NCBI GenBank assembly: GCA_963744995.1
Contig: CAVUWA010000010.1
Span: 256,001-320,000, forward strand
Source: Candidatus Eiseniibacteriota bacterium
GTDB lineage: Bacteria; Eisenbacteria; RBG-16-71-46
Reading direction: 5' to 3'
Length of the DNA stretch: 64,000 nucleotides
In this document: positions 59,820 through 64,000 of the stretch, piece by piece
How the letters are laid out: every line of letters begins with the position of its first letter
Position numbering within the stretch: position 1 is the stretch's first letter
Translations under genes and position numbers: made by a program
The notes under the pieces: model-generated
Database searches by the model: none
Seen by the model: the letters and a program-made list of their open reading frames with translations, nothing else
Told to the model about the DNA's origin: nothing

Positions 59820-60764
59820 ATGCCGAAGAAGCGTGCATTCCGGCCGCTCGCCGCAGGCGCGGCAACGGCGATCCTCTGTCTCTGGGCCGGTGCGGCGGGC
59901 GGCGCCGCGGGCGAGGTCGGCGCGACCCCCTCGCAGCCCTCGTTCCGCAGCCCGACGTTCCCGTGGGACTTGCGGGGCGCAGCGCAGGTGCACTTCGCGC
60001 CGATCGACGCGCCGCGCGGCGCGCTCGAACGTCTGGCGCAGAGCTACCGGGATCTCGACCTCGAGACCTACGCGGCGCTGCTTACCGCGGACTACCGCTT
60101 CATCACCGCCGATCCGCGCTTCGACGCCTCGTACCCGGACGGTTTCGACCGAACGTTCGACATTGCCTCCAGCGCGGGTCTGTTCAACGCGACGCCAATC
60201 CCGGGCAAGCCGGCGGTTACCTCGATCGACGTCGAACTCGGCACGTTGAGCGAGGGCGCGGACCCCGAGCACGCCGACTCGCTCGGGCGCTACCGGCTGA
60301 TCATCGCACCGCACATGAAGATGACCGTGCACGCCGGCGAGGCCGAGCTGCACATGGAGCGCTCACTGCTCGCGTTCTACGTCGTGCGCGGCGACGCCGC
60401 GGTGCTGTTCCCGGGCGCACCGGCCGACGCGAGCCACTGGTACCTACGGCGCTGGGTGGAAACGCCGGACGAGATGGCCGCGAACGCACCGCGCCCGGCC
60501 GCAGAGCCGTCCCTGCGGATGGCGCGGAACCCGGCATCCGGACCGTTCGAGCTCGACCTCACGCTGCCCGAGGCGGGGCTCTACGACGTCGAGCTGTTCG
60601 ACGTCGCCGGGCGGCGCATCGGCCGCCGGCCGCCCGTGCGCTTCCCCGCGGGCGCCTCCCACTACCGGCTGGGCGACACCGCCCGGCTGCCCGCGGGCAT
60701 CTACTGGATCCGCCTCGCCCGCGACGGCCGCACGCTCGTCACGCGTGTCGCCACGCGGCTCTGA
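59820..60764 (+). CDS. Secreted protein (possible NTF2-like domain) with T9SS-CTD-like C-terminal domain
   Basis: Signal peptide; C-terminal NPASGP...LFDVAGRRI...LPAGIYWIRL; GGAGG RBS. Confidence 0.75.
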   Translation: MPKKRAFRPLAAGAATAILCLWAGAAGGAAGEVGATPSQPSFRSPTFPWDLRGAAQVHFAPIDAPRGALERLAQSYRDLDLETYAALLTADYRFITADPRFDASYPDGFDRTFDIASSAGLFNATPIPGKPAVTSIDVELGTLSEGADPEHADSLGRYRLIIAPHMKMTVHAGEAELHMERSLLAFYVVRGDAAVLFPGAPADASHWYLRRWVETPDEMAANAPRPAAEPSLRMARNPASGPFELDLTLPEAGLYDVELFDVAGRRIGRRPPVRFPAGASHYRLGDTARLPAGIYWIRLARDGRTLVTRVATRL

Positions 60765-60799
60765 CGGCGCGCCCCGGGAACGTGGGTGGCAGATGCGCA

Positions 60800-60829
60800 G
60801 CGGCCGCCTTCGTCGCCGAAGGCGGCCGC
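60800..60829. terminator. 13 bp perfect hairpin between convergent genes
   Basis: GCGGCCGCCTTCG-tcgc-CGAAGGCGGCCGC. Confidence 0.6.
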
Positions 60830-60859
60830 CGCGTTTCGAGCCGGACCGTCCGGTTGGGT

Positions 60860-61639
60860 CTACCGGTAGAGCGACTTCAGCCGGCCCCAGCTCGACGTCT
60901 GCGCCGGCGTCGCCTGGTCCACGTTGAACTCCCAGCCCAGGTTGAAGGGCAGCTGACCATTGCCAGGAAGGATGGCGCCGGCCGGATTGCTGACGGTGAA
61001 GCTCACGTTGCTCGAGGCGAAGACCTGATCCGCGCTCGATCCCACGGTCGGCGGATCGAAAAAGCCCTGGCCCATATTGTTCAGCTGCGCCGCCGTCGCA
61101 CCGGTCGTGCCGCTGTTGTCGTCGAACGCGAGCCCGGCCCAGAACGGCACGCCGAACATCGCCATCGTCGCGGGTGGCAGGGTCGCGGTCAGCGTGGTGA
61201 TGGTGTTTGCCGGGAACACGATGGGATTGAAGTTGAACCCGCCGGCGAAGGTGCCGGGCGCGCCACCGGCGCCGTCGGCCAGGTAGAAGCGCACCAGCGG
61301 ACGGGCGGTCACGCTTGCCGAGTTCAGATTGGTGGCCGTGAACTTGAACGAGGTGACGTCCTGGCCCCCGTAGGCCGGAAGCGGAACGAGATCGTCGGCC
61401 ACCAGGAGCGTGATCGTGTTGCCGGCCGACAGCGTTGCGCCACCGTTGTTGAACGCGCCGCCGAGAAAGAACGAGATGTTGGAGTACGCGCTGACGAGCG
61501 CGTCGGTGCCGAGCACGGCGGACTGATCGAACGGCCCCTCGCTGAGCACGATGAGACCGCCGCCCTCGTGGATCACGGCGGACGAAGCGGGCGCGGCGAT
61601 GAACGCGAGCAGCAGAAGCGGAAGTAGCATCTTGCGCAT
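60860..61639 (-). CDS. Secreted beta-rich protein ending in TPAQTSSWGRLKSLYR
   Basis: Signal peptide MRKMLLPLLLLAFIAAPASSA; GGAGG RBS; Asn/Gly/Thr/Phe-rich body. Confidence 0.82.
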   Translation of the reverse strand: MRKMLLPLLLLAFIAAPASSAVIHEGGGLIVLSEGPFDQSAVLGTDALVSAYSNISFFLGGAFNNGGATLSAGNTITLLVADDLVPLPAYGGQDVTSFKFTATNLNSASVTARPLVRFYLADGAGGAPGTFAGGFNFNPIVFPANTITTLTATLPPATMAMFGVPFWAGLAFDDNSGTTGATAAQLNNMGQGFFDPPTVGSSADQVFASSNVSFTVSNPAGAILPGNGQLPFNLGWEFNVDQATPAQTSSWGRLKSLYR

Positions 61640-61864
61640 GGTGGGGCCTCCTGGAGGGATCATGCAGCGCTGTCGAGCCAGAGATGCGGGAAGCGGGCGG
61701 TCACACGTGAGGATCGTGCGGACGGTGCGGCCGGCCCGGAGCGAGAGTGCGCCAGCCACGGGGGCCGGGCAAGGAAATTTCCGAGAAAATTCAGCCGCCC
61801 ATCGGATTCGCACCCGATCCATGACAGTCTGTCCGGCCGGCGAGCCAGTATGCCGGACGCTCCG

Positions 61865-63472
61865 CTACATCCGGAACACGCCGAACTTCATCGGCGGGAT
61901 CGGCGCGTTGAGGCTCGCCGCCAGCGCCAGCGCCAGCACGTTGCGGGTCTCGGCCGGATCGATCACACCGTCGTCCCACAGTCGCGCGGTCGAGTAGTAA
62001 GGGTTCCCCTCGGTCTCGTACTTCTCGAGGATCGGCCGGCGGATGTCGTCGAGCTCGGCCTCGGTGAGCGGCGTCCCTTTCTCTTCCATCTGCGTCTGCT
62101 TGACCTGCGCGAGCACCGACGCCGCCTGCTCGCCGCCCATGACGCTGATCCGGCTGTTCGGCCACATGAACAGGAAGCGCGGCTGATAGGCGCGCCCGCA
62201 CATGCCGTAATTCCCGGCGCCGAAAGAACCGCCGATGATCACGGTGATGCGCGGCACCGGCGCGTTGGCGACGGCGTGCACCATCTTCGCGCCGTCCTTG
62301 GCGATTCCGCCATGCTCGTACTGGCGGCCGACCATGAAGCCGCTGATGTTCTGCAGGAACAGCAACGGCACGCCGCGCTGCGCGGCGAGCTCGATGAAGT
62401 GCGTCGCCTTGAGCGCGCTCTCGCTGAACAGGATGCCCTGATTGGCGAGGATCGCCACCGGCATGCCGTGCAGGTGGGCGAAACCGGTCACCAGCGTAGT
62501 GCCGTAGCGCGCCTTGAATTCGTGGAAGTCCGAGGCGTCCACGAGCCGTGCGATGACCTCGTGGACGTCGTAGCGCGAGCGCGGGTCGGCCGGCAGCACC
62601 CCGTACAGCTCGGACGGATCGTAGGCGGGCGGCACGGGCTCGCGCAGGTCGAGCCGCGCGGTGTGCCGCATGCCGAGGTGGGCGACGATGTCACGTGCCA
62701 TCTGCAGCGCGTGCGCATCGTCGTCGGCGAGATGGTCCGCCACGCCGGAGATGCGCGTATGCACGTCGCCGCCACCGAGCTCTTCCGCGGTGACCTCCTC
62801 GCCGGTCGCCGCCTTCACGAGCGGCGGGCCGCCGAGAAAGATCGTTCCTTCCTGCTTCACGATCACGGCTTCGTCGCTCATCGCCGGCACGTAGGCGCCG
62901 CCGGCGGTGCATGAACCCATCACGATCGCGATCTGCGGAATCAACTCGGCGGACATGCGCGCCTGGTTGTAGAAGATGCGGCCGAAGTGGTCGCGATCCG
63001 GGAACACGTCCGCCTGCAGCGGCAGGAACGCCCCGCCCGAGTCCACCAGATAGATGCACGGCAGCCGGTTCTCGAGTGCGATTTCCTGCGCGCGCACGTG
63101 CTTCTTCACGGTCATGGGCAGGTAGGAGCCGCCCTTCACCGTGGCGTCGTTGGCGACCACCATCACCTGGCGGCCGTGGACCAGGCCGATGCCGGTGACG
63201 ATGCCGGCGGCCGGCGCCTCGCCACGGTACATTCCGTGCGCGGCGAGCGGCGACAGCTCGAGGAACGCGGTGCCGGGATCCAGCAGCCGCTCGACGCGGT
63301 CGCGCACGAACAGCTTGCCGCGCTTGCGGTGACGCTCGACCGCGGCGGCGCCGCCGCCCTGCTTCACGGCGGCGAGGTGCGTCTCGAGCGCTGCGGTCAG
63401 TGCGCGGTGATGCGCGGCGCGCGATTTGAATTCGTCGCTCGAAGTGTCGAGATGGGAGGCGAGACGTTCCAA
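61865..63472 (-). CDS. Methylcrotonyl-CoA carboxylase beta (carboxyltransferase) subunit, LiuB/AccD1-like
   Basis: [33 protein letters not shown] and [12 protein letters not shown] motifs. Confidence 0.92.
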   Translation of the reverse strand: MERLASHLDTSSDEFKSRAAHHRALTAALETHLAAVKQGGGAAAVERHRKRGKLFVRDRVERLLDPGTAFLELSPLAAHGMYRGEAPAAGIVTGIGLVHGRQVMVVANDATVKGGSYLPMTVKKHVRAQEIALENRLPCIYLVDSGGAFLPLQADVFPDRDHFGRIFYNQARMSAELIPQIAIVMGSCTAGGAYVPAMSDEAVIVKQEGTIFLGGPPLVKAATGEEVTAEELGGGDVHTRISGVADHLADDDAHALQMARDIVAHLGMRHTARLDLREPVPPAYDPSELYGVLPADPRSRYDVHEVIARLVDASDFHEFKARYGTTLVTGFAHLHGMPVAILANQGILFSESALKATHFIELAAQRGVPLLFLQNISGFMVGRQYEHGGIAKDGAKMVHAVANAPVPRITVIIGGSFGAGNYGMCGRAYQPRFLFMWPNSRISVMGGEQAASVLAQVKQTQMEEKGTPLTEAELDDIRRPILEKYETEGNPYYSTARLWDDGVIDPAETRNVLALALAASLNAPIPPMKFGVFRM

Positions 63473-63664
63473 GGCGATCCTCGGTGCCGGTGCGCTCAGA
63501 CGGGCCGTGGAGATATAGCAGAGCGGCGGGCGATCACCAACGGCGCGGCGTGCGCGGCGGGCCGGCGGCGCGACGCGAAGAGGTCCGTCACGCGCGCGGG
63601 GCCCCTCGCGATCCCCGGGCCCCGGGCCGCGCGAGCGCCCACCACCTCTGCGTTCCGTCCGGCC

Positions 63665-64000
63665 CTACTCCGGCGGCAGCGGTTCGCCGCGCATGGCCGC
63701 CAACATGCGCCCGGACCAGCGCGGCAGCTCGGCGCCGTACCGCGCATCGAGAACCGGCACCGCCGCCTGGTAGGCGATCACCAGCTGGCGCATGTCGCAC
63801 AGCGTGTCGATCAGGTGATCGCGGCCGAACGCGCGCTCGACCGCGTCGGCCATCTGCCAGCCGATCGTGTACCAGGGGCCCCGATCGCCGAAGAACGTCA
63901 TCCCGCGCGCCGTGATCGAGTCCGGATCGGACAGCGAGCCGTCGGCGATCGAAGTGAAGAAGCGCTCGAGCCGCGCCATCGCGAACTTCCCGTCGATCAT
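63665..64000 (-). CDS. C-terminal part of a hypothetical protein (DUF5700 putative Zn-peptidase-like), truncated by the window edge
   Basis: GPWYTIGWQMA..VERAFGR motif; ORF open at the edge. Confidence 0.5.
   Translation of the reverse strand: MIDGKFAMARLERFFTSIADGSLSDPDSITARGMTFFGDRGPWYTIGWQMADAVERAFGRDHLIDTLCDMRQLVIAYQAAVPVLDARYGAELPRWSGRMLAAMRGEPLPPE

Overview
A very GC-rich bacterial chromosomal segment with about 52 CDS; no rRNA, tRNA or CRISPR array was seen. The C-terminal protein motifs suggest an FCB-group lineage such as Candidatus Eisenbacteria (inference only). In order it holds: (1) a MocR regulator with a divergent secreted protein; (2) a ~18 kb Wzx/Wzy-type surface polysaccharide locus (fcl, wcaJ, GTs, ligase/polymerase, chain-length protein, SLBB exporter, rfbB/rfbC, ugd, two gmd/rmd-like genes, wzx, methyltransferase), interrupted by an HNH endonuclease gene carrying two copies of a perfect 22-24 bp DNA palindrome; (3) an ECF sigma/anti-sigma unit; (4) a pyrimidine operon (pyrB-pyrC-carA-carB-TPR lipoprotein-pyrK-pyrD-pyrF) with a PyrR-binding hairpin over the pyrB RBS, separated from pyrR by a hybrid histidine kinase; (5) phoH-7TM/HD-ybeY-DUF502-recO-glyQ-glyS; (6) a methylcrotonyl-CoA carboxylase-type cluster interleaved with secreted proteins bearing T9SS-like or 'SWGRLKSLYR' C-termini, followed by a coupled GT-C / GH113 / beta-barrel / AI-2E cassette. 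Two +1 frameshifts (mocR, pyrC) are probably assembly errors. Start codons and family calls were made by eye from motifs, not from database searches.
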